Source: Lytechinus pictus
Taxonomy: Eukaryota
Direction: 5' to 3'
NCBI RefSeq assembly: GCF_037042905.1
Contig: NC_087246.1
Span: 1,552,001 to 1,616,000, forward strand
Length of the DNA stretch: 64,000 bases
Position 1 is the stretch's first letter; each line of letters starts with the position of its first letter. Position numbers and translations under genes: made by a program. Positions 25,801 to 37,669 of the stretch are shown here, one piece after another. Under the pieces are notes generated by a model. That model searched no databases, had not been told where the DNA came from, and worked only from the letters and a program-made list of their open reading frames with translations.

Positions 25801-28479
25801 TCTATATTCACCAGAATTGTTATCTTTATTACTTACAGTTTTGCTACATTGTATAATGTAAAATTTCTTGCTGTGTATACCACTGCATACATTGCACCTT
25901 TTTATCTGTGGAATGTATACAATTGTACTATTGAAATCAAATGAAATGAAAGAGATCCTTATTCAATGGAAATTGAATTTCAGAATATTGTTCAACGTGA
26001 TACCCATCTCATTTCACCAGAAATATCCATAACCGTAAATCAGCTAAGAGAGAGTGGGAAATTTGAAAATATTGATAAAGTAAGAAAATAAATATCTTTC
26101 ATATGGATGCATTTTAGTCTGTACTTGCAAAAGTGGAGTAACTCCATAGAAACAGCTCTATCTGCATGTAATTCATTATCATTCATTATCTTATATATTT
26201 AGTAGTTAAAAAAAACTAATTGGATAATGTAGATCCAGCTTTCTTTTGAAAGGTTTATCATCCTCTCAACATTTGACAAATCTACCTTTTATGCTTCTTT
26301 TCTATATTTTATTTGTTATGAACAGGCTATCAACAATTTGCAGTCAACTTATGCTGGCTTTGGCTCAATCACTAGTGAAAATGTCTTCAAGGTATAAACA
26401 GCATTTGCTTGTCGTACTATTATTAAGCAATCATATTAAGGTAGCAACTTGTAAAATTTCTTAATTTACAAAACAATGGAGATATGTGTTTAAAGTGTAT
26501 TGATTGTTCTATATTTTATTCCCTTACCAGGACATGAAAATAATGTCAGAATATTTTATTGTGAGAGAAACAACAATGTAATGTTGTAGACGGGCGGATT
26601 CAGGATTTTCCAGTGGGGGGGTACATTTTGCTGAGGAAAAATTTGACAAGCAAAAAAAAAAGAAAGTGACTGTTTTCAACCAAAAAATAAGGACATTTCT
26701 TCCACGAAAAAAATTGACAAGCCCCCCAAAAAGGGTCTTCACTTTCAAAAGGCAGGGGGGGGGGGGGGACACACTTCTGTTTTAACGGTATTTTTACTTT
26801 ACAAATTTTAATTGTGCCTCTTAAAAGAGGGGGGGGGGGGCATGGGCCGGCTATCCCCCCCACCTGGATCTGCCCGTGGTTGTAGATCAGGACCCAGTGT
26901 TATAAAGAATAGTGATAAATTCAAATTAATCTAAAATTGCATATTTATAGGCTATTTCAGATTAATCACAATTTAAGTTTGGTTTAAAGCTATCACAACT
27001 GTAACATTTGTAGGCCATGATTTAATTGGTGTACAGTTAGATCTGGTGATATGTATGATAAATCTTAAGATCCAGGAAAAAAAGTTGCTTGATTCTTCTT
27101 CTGATGAGTACTCTTTGTCGAGTGTAGTTGTACTAGATTGTTGAGGTCCAATCACAAGAGCAGGCACATGATATTGAGTACAGTTGAAGAACTAATCTAT
27201 ACTTGATGTGGCATCTAATATAGGGAGCTATACTGGGATGACAGAGATAAAATTTAAAGTTAAATTGAAGTGCATTGCAATGTCTTCTATTCCGTCTGTA
27301 GGTATGTGATGAGCCTCACCCTCAACTAATCAAATCAATGTTAGATCACTGCATAGAAGGTGACATTGATAAAGCATATGAAATCATGCATCATATGTCT
27401 CACATGGGTTACTCTGCTGATGATATCATCACTAATGTCTTCAGATCATGTAAGACGCATCAGATGGCGGAATATATCAAATTAGAGTTCATTAAGGTAA
27501 GATGTGTATTAAAGTAATATTAACTTTGATAGGGAATGTAATAACAGGTGTTGGCTATCATCCAAAGTGGAATGAGATATATATAAGCTCCTATGGTCAA
27601 ATGCCTAAAGCTGAGATCAAAGAATGTCTATTGAGGTAACTTTATTATAGTTATCAATTCTTTTCACAAATTTAAGGTCAGTGAATTATAAATCACTCAT
27701 AAATGCTGAAGATAGCAGTAAACTGAATCATTGTGATGTTTGATTATACACTTTGGAATGTATTCCTGAAGAGGAATATCATAATGATGCTTTATATTGA
27801 GTGAAGCTTGCTTTATTTAATTTTATGCTATCCAGAGTTATCATAAATTGCTTTCTGATCTCTTAAATAATTGTATTTTGAGCAATCAGTGAATGTCAGT
27901 GTTTTTTTAACCAATTTAACTTTTGGATAATGGAAGAATATCATTTTTTTTTTCAATTCAATACATTAATGTGTTAATTTTCTCCTTAAAATGAAATTTG
28001 CCCCCCCCCCAAAAAAAAAAAGAAAATGATAAGTGAGAAATTTCATTTGAAGAATATTACTCATTTATGCATGGTCAAGATTCTTCACACCTGGTGACAT
28101 ACCGAAGTATAATAGACTTGTTTGTTACAGTCCTCTCATGAGTTCACACAGTGCATAGAAAAAATATCCCCCCTCTCTCACTCTCTCTCCTATCTTGCTT
28201 CTCAATTTCCCCTCTGCCTCTCTTTATCTTGATATGGTAAAATTTTCTTTCAATTTTTGTGTACCACATTTTAAACCTTCAAAGTTCATCTATTCACATC
28301 TTTTGATTGTGATGACATCTCTCCAAACGTGTATGATAAATATGTTTTTGCTACCCTTTTTACAGGAAATAGGAATGACACACATGAGGATTGCAGAGGG
28401 AGTGAACTCCATTCTTCAACTCTCTGGTCTCTTAGCAAGGCTGTGCCAGAAAACAGCCACCCCCTCTGAAAAAGCTTGA
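13173..28479 (+). CDS. RFC2: Replication factor C subunit 2 (clamp loader AAA+ ATPase), 9 coding exons, ~352 aa
   Basis: Exons: 13173-13276, 21963-22074, 23047-23153, 24139-24240, 24653-24818, 25248-25340, 26326-26391, 27302-27496, 28366-28479; total 1059 nt. Contains RFC box II (YEMPWVEKYRP), Walker A (GPPGTGKTT), [25 protein letters not shown], Walker B (IILDEADSMT), SRC motif (IEPIQSRC), GDMRQ and a C-terminal [15 protein letters not shown]. Confidence 0.95.
13362..17223. mobile_element. Outer non-autonomous PIF/Harbinger-like element (13362-13368 joined to 15324-17223), interrupted within its TIR
   Basis: CAG TSD at 13359-13361 and 17224-17226. The reconstituted left end GGGCCTG+TTTCACGAA matches the right end TTCATGCAACAGGCCC at 14/16 positions. 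No transposase ORF. Confidence 0.8.
13369..15320. mobile_element. Inner non-autonomous PIF/Harbinger-like element (1952 bp), same family, opposite orientation
   Basis: TIRs GGGCCTGTTGCATGA ... TCATGCAACATGCCC. CTG TSD at 13366-13368 and 15321-15323. Body 13369-15229 is the reverse complement of 15321-17223 with scattered substitutions and indels. Confidence 0.8.
18260..19154. repeat. Degenerate tandem array (~6 units of roughly 80-140 bp) followed by a hAT-like terminus
   Basis: Units are anchored by TTTGGCAAGCCCCCCC at ~18267, 18393, 18523, 18663, 18765 and 18841. The region ends with GGATCCGCCACTG (19142-19154). The related TTTGACAAGC motif recurs in 26591-26878. Confidence 0.6.
19632..19726. 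repeat. 95-bp hairpin / miniature inverted repeat
   Basis: ATATTATTCACGGC..TTTCAAAACA.CGCATGCGATC pairs with GATCGCATGCG.TGTTTTGAAA..GCCGTGAATAATAT. Confidence 0.8.
20340..20490 (-). mobile_element. tRNA-derived SINE fragment
   Basis: The minus strand reads GGTGTCATGGCTGAGTGGTCTAAG (A box) ... GGAGTTCGATTCC (B box, 20434-20443), followed by a CORE-like CTTGAGCAAGG.. segment. No intact cloverleaf. Confidence 0.65.
22838..22935. repeat. (GAT/GGT)n microsatellite
   Basis: Direct inspection. A flanking (AAT)-rich tract lies at 22615-22720. Confidence 0.85.
26591..26878. mobile_element. hAT-like MITE
   Basis: Ends CGGGCGGATTCAGG / CCTGGATCTGCCCGTG. The 8-bp direct repeat GTTGTAGA occurs at 26583-26590 and 26879-26886. 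Confidence 0.65.
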
Positions 28480-28762
28480 TCTCATTCAGCACCAGTTACA
28501 GGAAAACAAGCTTCAAATAAAGTCATCAAAATAGACTTATGGAAGAAGATAAAGGACTGTTACACAAAACTTAAAGACACATAGGTTTCCCTTTTCATCC
28601 ATTATAAAGAGAAACTTCTTGTATGAAATGGCCAAGTATTCGGAAATAAAACAAAAAGCAGAAGGAAAATGACTCAGAAATGACTTTAAAAAGGGGTGGT
28701 AGCTCATTATGAAATAAACTGTTCAAGCTCACTAAATGTATGAGGTGGTCATATAGTCATAA

Positions 28763-29219
28763 GGGCTATTCCATGGTTACTCACGTTACATTAGGAGACA
28801 CCTTGACTCATACTTGGAGCTGTAACTCCATTATTATTGATAGGAACTAAACATCTCTTTATCACAACATAGTACGCAGTCTGACTATCCTTTGTATAAA
28901 AACAAAACTTGGGAAATCTCATTATGCTCCTGGCAAATCTTTGAAATGTGTCGGTTACTCATGTTACATGATTTGGACATGCATAAAATGAAAAGTGGAC
29001 ATAAGTGAAAAGTGTCCTCATGCAAGGCTTTTATGAAAGTTGATTATATCCATTTCCAAGAAGTATATTAGGGAGACAAATTTGTATATAATTCAAAAAA
29101 TAAAGAACACATGGTTTTTACTATAGGTGCAGATAAAGTGGTTACTCACGTTACGGTTCAGATGGGCTATATGTACAAAGACACATTGAGCTCATGTCCA
29201 CCAACCTATGGAATTGCCC
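28763..29219. mobile_element. 457-bp internally deleted copy of the GGG-ended element at 54101-56328 (opposite orientation)
   Basis: TIRs GGGCTATTCCA / TGGAATTGCCC. 28763-~29155 is the reverse complement of ~55935-56328. Repeated GGTTACTCACGTTAC motif. Confidence 0.8.
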
Positions 29220-30455
29220 ATATCATTATGTCATTTGTCCGTATGATGAAAAATTATTTTGTACTATCTCTTTGAGAATCTAATTGGTCCACAGTTTTTG
29301 TTTGTAATCAGGTGACATAAAAAGTCTCCAGCCTCTTTTACTTCATATCCCAATGGCTTTACAGACAAACTGTTGATGAGTTGTGTTGCAGCCTATGTGA
29401 ATGATGCAGTATGGTTACAACATGTCAAAGTTTAAAATGTAATGGACCATGTGAATCAAGAAATAATTTATTTTTTTAAATTTCTTTGACCGTTTCACAA
29501 ATCTTGTTATAAAAAAAAGCTACTGTTATAACATGTTGAATGATGCTATATGATTGGCTGAGAACCATTTATCATTGACTTAAAGCATTTGGTTTATTGA
29601 TAAGAAGTTTTCATGAATTGGGCCTTTGTTCCTGTAATGTATTACCGGTATGTTACATTGGTAAGTTTGAATTCTAAGCTTGATGTTGATGATAATAGTC
29701 ATTATGACATCAATTTATTTTGATTCATTACAGCCTTCAAAACTTTTCAAGTAACATAGTCTATTTTATCCCTGGATTTTATCATAGTCTGTTGGAATAC
29801 TTCATGTTCACATAAATTTGAATAGCTTAGCAAACCATTTAAATTAAAACAAAATGGTTGTTTATTGGTATTTCAGATTATACATATAACATTTAATGTG
29901 ATTTCTGAGAATCCATTAAGTGTTGGACATTTCCAATGTGTCATTCCTGTCAAAATGAGTTTGCACTTGTGGTGTAGGTGTCAGAGAATGGTGCACTATG
30001 GGAAATTCATAATTCTGATAATGGTGCATTATGGGAAATTGATAACACCATGTATGTTGCATTTGAACCCTTTATTAAAGAGTGATGTATCAAATCTTCC
30101 AATCTATTCTTTATAATAGTATAATCCATGAATCTGTATTTCTGCTTCAGGCTAGGTTCTTCTAAAGATAATATGAAACAAATATTAACAAGTTTAGCTT
30201 TCTGCCCATTACAAGGAGTTTGTTTCATAAAGCTGTTCGGACGTTACGCATGACTATATGAAAGACTGGTGACCCAATCTAAATGATACGTCACTTTGTA
30301 GTTGACTTAGCACCTGAGAACATGTTCCAGTTGTACTAGAGTGAAGGGCTTTATCAAACACCGCCCAGTTAATGTATCAGGGTTTAGAATAAATATATGT
30401 GTGGGAATACTATAATGAAATGCCAAATTGTATTGAGTTCATAGCATGTCACTAT

Positions 30456-30763
30456 GGCCCGTATTCTGAAGTCGGGTTTAACTTAAACTCAGGTTTAAAG
30501 TTGTGGTTTAAGTATGGATAGCCAATTGTTACATAAATCACTAACAGTAGAGATATCATATTTCAGTTCATTTGGCTCTCAAATCACTGATAATTGTCTA
30601 GGAAGTATAAATAGATGATTGTCTTCACCATTGATTAATCGGGGGAAAGAGCACAGTAAACATACAACTTAATAAAAACTTTGACACTTTTGGCTTCCCA
30701 TGATTTTAGCACAGAGTTAAACCATGGTCTGACTAAGTTAACCCCGACTTCAGAATACGGGCC
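30456..30763. mobile_element. 308-bp Harbinger-like MITE
   Basis: Perfect 21-bp TIR GGCCCGTATTCTGAAGTCGGG and 3-bp TSD TAT. A decayed relative starts near 22136. Confidence 0.85.
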
Positions 30764-32718
30764 TATGATTATTATTAATAATATGGACATTTGTAATGTG
30801 CCAGTATCCATCATGAAAAGATGCTCATGGCACAGTAAAGAAAAGAAGTATAAACTTAAGAGAGGGAAGAATTATATTTACTTAAATCTGTCATGAATAA
30901 CCAGGTTTTAGAGCATTTTTTGAAGGTGGTAGGACAAAAAAAAATATATTGCGGATGCCCAGCATATTGAATTGATCATCCCCCCTGAATTTTTAGATTT
31001 ATCTTTGCTTTTGTCTGTATGCAGTTTTGAAATCTTAAAGCTTTGAAGTTCACCTCAATTTCTACCCTCCTCAAAATGATAGAAATCTGTCTACGTAAGG
31101 AATGAATAAGGGCACAAATTTCGGACATATATTTTGAAAAATTCAATATAATCTTTATCATTATTCCATTTACTGACAGACTCACATGTAATGTAAATTT
31201 GTTTAATCCTAAATGCACAGATGTCTACTATTAGGAGCATATTGTTTTCTAAAACTTGTCAATCTGTTTCAAAAGAATACTATGTTTTAAAGACAGCATG
31301 TGTAAGAGCTGGCTAAATAATGTACCATATTACAAAGATGTTTAATATGTAAACACATCAAAACTGTACATTGTTTGTATTGTATTTTGTAAATAAATGC
31401 TTATACAAGAAGCATATCTATTTTTATCTCAATCAGGCATTGATTTTGTATTATCTCCTATCCCCTTTCATTTTAGTATGACTTCCTCTGTCTTACATCT
31501 TGCCTCTCCTTAGGCTACCACCCCCCCCCCCCCCCTCTTCATAGCCATTCATTACCCTGTGTTCCTATCTTCCTCATAAGTTAAACACACTTACAAGATC
31601 TATAGGTTTCCTTGTACTGACCCTTTTAACAGTATAAATCCTTTATAATGCAGCACTTGTCAATCCAAATGGTAACAGAAAACCCACCAAGATAATACAA
31701 ATGCAAATCTTCTTTTAAACTCATTTGCTATTTTCATATTTTTATTAACAGAAAATTTAATACACATTTAATCCTCTTATATGAATCTTACATTTACATA
31801 CAGGTGAAAAAAAACTTGTACATTGAAACAAAAATAAATGTACACTGCTAAATCTGTCTTTGATTCCAAAATGAAACCATTATATATATCAAATCAATAT
31901 TTATGCATTTTATGCATAAAAGTTGAAATATTAAGCTTTTTAATTTTTCTAAATTGCTAATAACCCCAGGAATAAGAGAAGAGCATTTTCAAATGTTTCA
32001 AATTTTAATTCTCTAAACTTTTAAGAGTGCACTTGCCAAAAGAAAATGAAAACAGAGCTATTAATTTTATAGATAAGCATACATAACACCAAGCATAGAA
32101 AAAAAACTTATTGTTATCAAAGACAGTCATTTGAGTCCTGTTAAGATAGATAGTACATATAAACTGCTTTTTTTAATGATGACCTTTTTCCACCATCATG
32201 TTATCAAATCTTAACTTTGTTACATCAATTTTTGGCAGATATTTTTTTAATGCAGTATATTTTAAATTTTAACAAAGATTAAATCCTCTTTTCTATGACA
32301 CTGTCAACAAGATGAAAAAAATACTTTTCCAAATGATTTTTTTCATGTTAAGCTACATTTGAAACAACAGTTAAACCAGAGATATTGCAACAAAAATATT
32401 CTTAAATCTTACAAATAGCTCACTATATTCAACACATTACAAAATGAAATTTTGATATCATCTGATAGGTGACAGAGCAGTTTAAGTTACCAAAATACTT
32501 AAACAAATTATATATAATAAAACAAATAGATCACAAAATATGAGAAAATGAATTTCTTGATGAAGTGAAGACTGGAAAACAAAATGAATTTTGATTAATA
32601 CTCAAAAGGATTTTTTTTAAAGATTCAAAATATAAACATAAAGATAAATTAATTTGAACAAAGAATACAGTGTTGAAGACGAGATAACTTGCAAATTGAG
32701 ACTAAAAATAACACTTTA

Positions 32719-33289
32719 AGGACAAGTCCATCCCAACAAAAATTTAATTTGAATAAAAAAAGAAAAATCCAACAAGCAGAACACTGAAAACTTCATTAAA
32801 ATCGGATGTAAAATAAGAAAGTTATATTTTAAAGTTTCACTTAATTTCACAAAACAGTTATATGCACATCCTGGTCGGTATGCAAATGAGACTGATGCCA
32901 TCCACTCACTATTTCTTTTGTATTTTCTTATATGAAATATTCTAACTTTCTCCTCATTGTCAATGAAGCAACAATTAATTCCTCCCTGAACATGTGAAGT
33001 TAGCATTGTTTAATACTCAATGGTTCAGTCAAGTTGGTCCTTATTGTCAAATTTGTAAAAAATGAAATATTGAATAATTCAAACAACAAAAAGAAACAGT
33101 GAGTGAAGAATATCATTGAAGGTGTCTCATTTGCATGTCACAAAATTGTGCACATCACTGTTTTGTGAACAATAAGCAAAACTTTAAAATGTCATGACTT
33201 TCTTATTTTATATCCGATTTTGATGAAATGCTAGTTTGATTTTTTCTCTATTTATCTAAATGAACATTTCTCTGAGGTGGACTTGACCG
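32719..33289. mobile_element. Kolobok-like non-autonomous element
   Basis: AGGACAAGTCCA..CA / GGTGGACTTGACC ends in a TTAA-like context. Homologous along its length to 58568-59170. A third decayed copy lies at ~36257-36990. Confidence 0.75.
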
Positions 33290-36200
33290 TTAAGAAAGGA
33301 AAACATATCCTTAAAAAATAGGGTTTAAGAATCAACATGATGGGTGATTCAAATTGGATACTCCTAAGAACTTATTATGGCACTTTTCATTACCAGTTTC
33401 ACATGCGTTTCTATTGAAATATTTCATATACCCTAGTGCAAAATATGTGTACTATTTGTGGTATGCAATTTAATTTCTATTATACTCTCAACAGGCAACA
33501 AAATCATTAAGAGGACAGAAGTGTGATTTTTTAAACCTGGATTACAAAAAGAAAATGTTATTATTTAGCAATCTTTGACTAATTCATAATTGAATGGAGT
33601 TTTTAGGCATATATTACAAAGCTCAATAATATGCTGACAAATTCTATTAGAATGATTTGACCAAAATTAAATGAATAAAATAAGGAGAATGGATCCTTTA
33701 TACTACTATCTTTCCATTTAAGATTAATTTACTCTGGCTGAAAACAAGTTAAAGGTTTCAGACAATTGGAAATGATAAGACACAGCTAATTCACACACAG
33801 ACCATTAATACATGAATCTTAGATAATACCATATGTTGGAATTGATGATATCAGAGTAGAATAGATAAATCACTCCAGTAATAATAAATCAATTACAAGT
33901 TAACAAGCAAATGCTACTTTCTTGTTGTTACTTAACAAACCTTTGCCTAGTCCATACAGAAATAAATTGTTGTATCTGTAGGTTGAGATATACATTGATA
34001 ATAAAAATTTAAAAAAATTCTTGTTCAAATTGTCACATAAACCTGTCCCATACTCTAACCTATTTTGGAGGTATTGTGGCCCCGATTTGATCCTGGCCAC
34101 ATTGAAACTGGACAAACAACAGCAAGTATTACAGAAAAAAAAATAAAAAATTATTCTTCTAATATTATGATTTATGCATGAGAGAAAAAAATACCTAGTT
34201 TCACTTGAAACAATTTTTGCCACATTGCATCTTTATTACCTTACTAAAAGGTTTTAATTATGAAATATTGTGAGTCTACATAATGTATTTCAGTAGTGAA
34301 GTGGCAGTTTGGTTTAACTTACTGATAATAAATGTAAGAATGCCTGTTAGTTAGAAACCAGAGGACTGATGGCTTAAGATCCTCTCCAAAGGATGTGACA
34401 ATGAGAGCATTAACACATCTACCTGGTTTAAACTCTGGTCAGCAGATTACTAAACCACTCCTCTTTTTCATATACTATTCAATTACATTAACATCTTAGC
34501 ATTTAAAATAGCAAAAGTAGTAATGCGAATGGAGTGTGTGTTCAATGTATAAATATTGTGGTGTGTTTACTAAATATCTTTAATCAGAGAAATTGCAATC
34601 ATCAAATCTATGTACATTGTCCTGCCTCTTGAAAGCTGAATAATAAACCAATTTGCTATGCATTGCTTTGCTTTGCTCACAGCTGCAAATGAAATAATAC
34701 CATTTATATATGTAACATATCTACATCCACATGATACAAGCTTTGTTGAGTGATAAAGTCAATATTTTGAAGGATATTATATGATATTACTTTCTGTAGA
34801 ATTCACTTTTAGCATAAACCCATACAAGCTTTTACTGGTGCAAATGAAAAAAAGGACTGGATATCAAAGCATGCTCAAGTTAATGCAAAATGCTCAGACA
34901 TTTACCACCCAGGCTTTTAAACATACAACACACGTTTTAGTAAAATATATACTTAGGACACATCCTTTATGAATATATTCAAGTTTCTTGAGCAGATTGA
35001 ACCATTTTGCACATGAATATATCAAGATTACATAGACATCCATTTTTAAGATAATCAGTCTTCACAACGCATTAACATTACCATAGTTATATTATGTTTA
35101 TTATATTTACTCTTAATTATATGATTTTTCTTAAACAACTATTTACTGACAATACAAGTTTTGTACCCTATATGCTATATCCTTGAAACAATAAGATTTT
35201 CTGCTCAAACGTACATTTAGTAATAGAATATTTCAGATCTCAATATATCTTAATGATGGTAAAGGGGAGCATTTTCTGGGCATTAAATCAATTATTTACT
35301 TTTCATAGAATCACAAGATAGTCAATGAAAATTTCAAAAGAGAAAATCAGGTAGTAGGATTACAAAATTTCCTTAACTTATTTGATCAAGCTTTTAAGAT
35401 CACAATTTTTTTTTTTAACTTCTATTCTCATTAATTGTATCTTTACCAAAATACATAGCATTTTCTGCACTACTTTTCCATATGAGAATAAATTCTTTAA
35501 AATGTAGATTATTGATGCTGCATTACCAATTTGATATTTTCTTCTGCACTAAGTTCCTCATCAAATGATTGATGAGCATTAATATAATGCCATCAACCTA
35601 CAGAAAGGCACTTTATATTTACACCACTGCAGCTTCATTTTTGTTTCTCAACTGCCAACCAACAAAATGCTTGATGTTTCTTTAGTCTTTGGCAAAACCA
35701 GAATTGCTTATGATTGTAAGACTGACTTCTCTATGTCACATTACACTGATAATCCATGTATATATTGTATTCTAAGTTCAATGTTTTAAAGGGATATATT
35801 AGCTTCCTCTGTTGAATGACAGAAGCAGCAAATCAGAGATTATGTGTTGAAGACATAATAAAGTTTATCTTGAATTGGGTATCTTCATGATGATCTTTCA
35901 TACCAATCTTTACCAGCTGTACATGTAATGGCTTTTCTTTTCACTTTCATTTAACGTGCTATGAAACTGATTTTATATAAGCATTCTCTCATTAAGAAAT
36001 GAATGCTTACAAGAGCAAAATAGATATCATTTTATATATTAATTTTGGGAATATTTACAAACACTTAATTCTTTAGAAGATTTAAGTGTGGGGATAAATG
36101 GAGAGTACACAAATGTTGCTCATACAACCTCACTTGAACTTGAAATACCTTTAGACATTTACATTCATAACTTAGATTTACATGTTATATAGTAGGACAT

Positions 36201-37669
36201 TTCAGCTGAAATGAAGGACATACCGACAAAGGCGACAAGGTAACTACATGTATCAATGTCCAAGTCCATCCCAATGAAAAATTGATATGAAGAAGTAGAA
36301 GAAATTCAAACGAGAATAATGCTGAAAGTTTCATCAGAATCAGATTGTGTGTGTATGTAATTGATTTTTTTCAGAAGTGTATCGATCAGATATGATTATT
36401 TATATCTGGGACCGACCTTTCACGTCACCATCCAAAAGACGTGACCAGGGCTTGAACCTCTGCATCATTTTGTAACTTCCCCCAAATTGCTGGGATTACA
36501 GGAGTATGCCAAAATGCACATCAAAATCAGATTTTTTCCAATTAAAATATCACTTTATTTCCCAAACAGTTATGTGCACAATACTAGGGATACACATATA
36601 AGGGAATCAATAATATCACACATTCATCATTTCATTTATATTTTAAACAGAATATTTCAAATTATAGCTGTTGTTATTTTCAAACCATGGTTTATCTCCA
36701 CCTTTAAAATGTGAGATCGCCAACATTGTAACTCAATGCAATTCAATCAAGAACTTCTTCAAATCTAAAAGAAAATAAAATATGTGATGTTCCATACAGT
36801 AAAATACAAGGAAATAAAAAGAGTTTTATATTATCAGCTCTCTTATTTTTCATGTTGTACACATAAATTGAGGGAAACTGTCATAACTTTTATTAATTAA
36901 CATCTGATTTTGATAAAATTTTCTTATTACTATGATTATTTGAATTGTCTCTATTCATATGAATAAACTTTTTGTTAGGGTGGACTTGACATTGAACTAT
37001 AAAATGTCATAACTTATTATTTAACATCCGATTTCGATGAATTTTTTTATCCTACAAAGAATAGTGGTAATTGATCTAATTAATCTCAGCAATCAATAGT
37101 CAGTGATACCTTCATCTGACATGCACAATTTCTTTTGAAATGTTCTCTTGATATGAAGGACACTCAAATATTGCAAAGCAGATAACTTCTACATGAAGAA
37201 TTGTAATGTAAATGACTTTCCACAGTAAAGATTGATTGGATCAACTGCTACTCTTTGTGAAAAGAGGGCTCAAGAGGTGTTCATGAGACTGTGAGCAAAT
37301 AACTAGTCATACTAAATGGTATCCTTCTTGTGATGGTGAGTCACTCATCGAAATAGAGATTTCCACACCATATCATTCCATTTTAAATGGTCACTGGTGT
37401 GAAGAAGGTCTTGACAGATGCTATCACCTATACTTCATTGTCAAGTCAATATCCATTATAATATACCACACTTAAAATTGGACTAATAGGACGAGTAGGG
37501 CATGGGTAAGATACAATTTTAGAGACAAATCTTAGGTAAAACCCTATTATGTCCTTTGAAATGCACTTGTAATATACAAGTGTTATAATTCTATTCTATC
37601 TTTGATATACATCTGAATAGCATATTGCATCCTAGGTTAAAAGCAAACACTCCTGACTACCTAGAGTAA

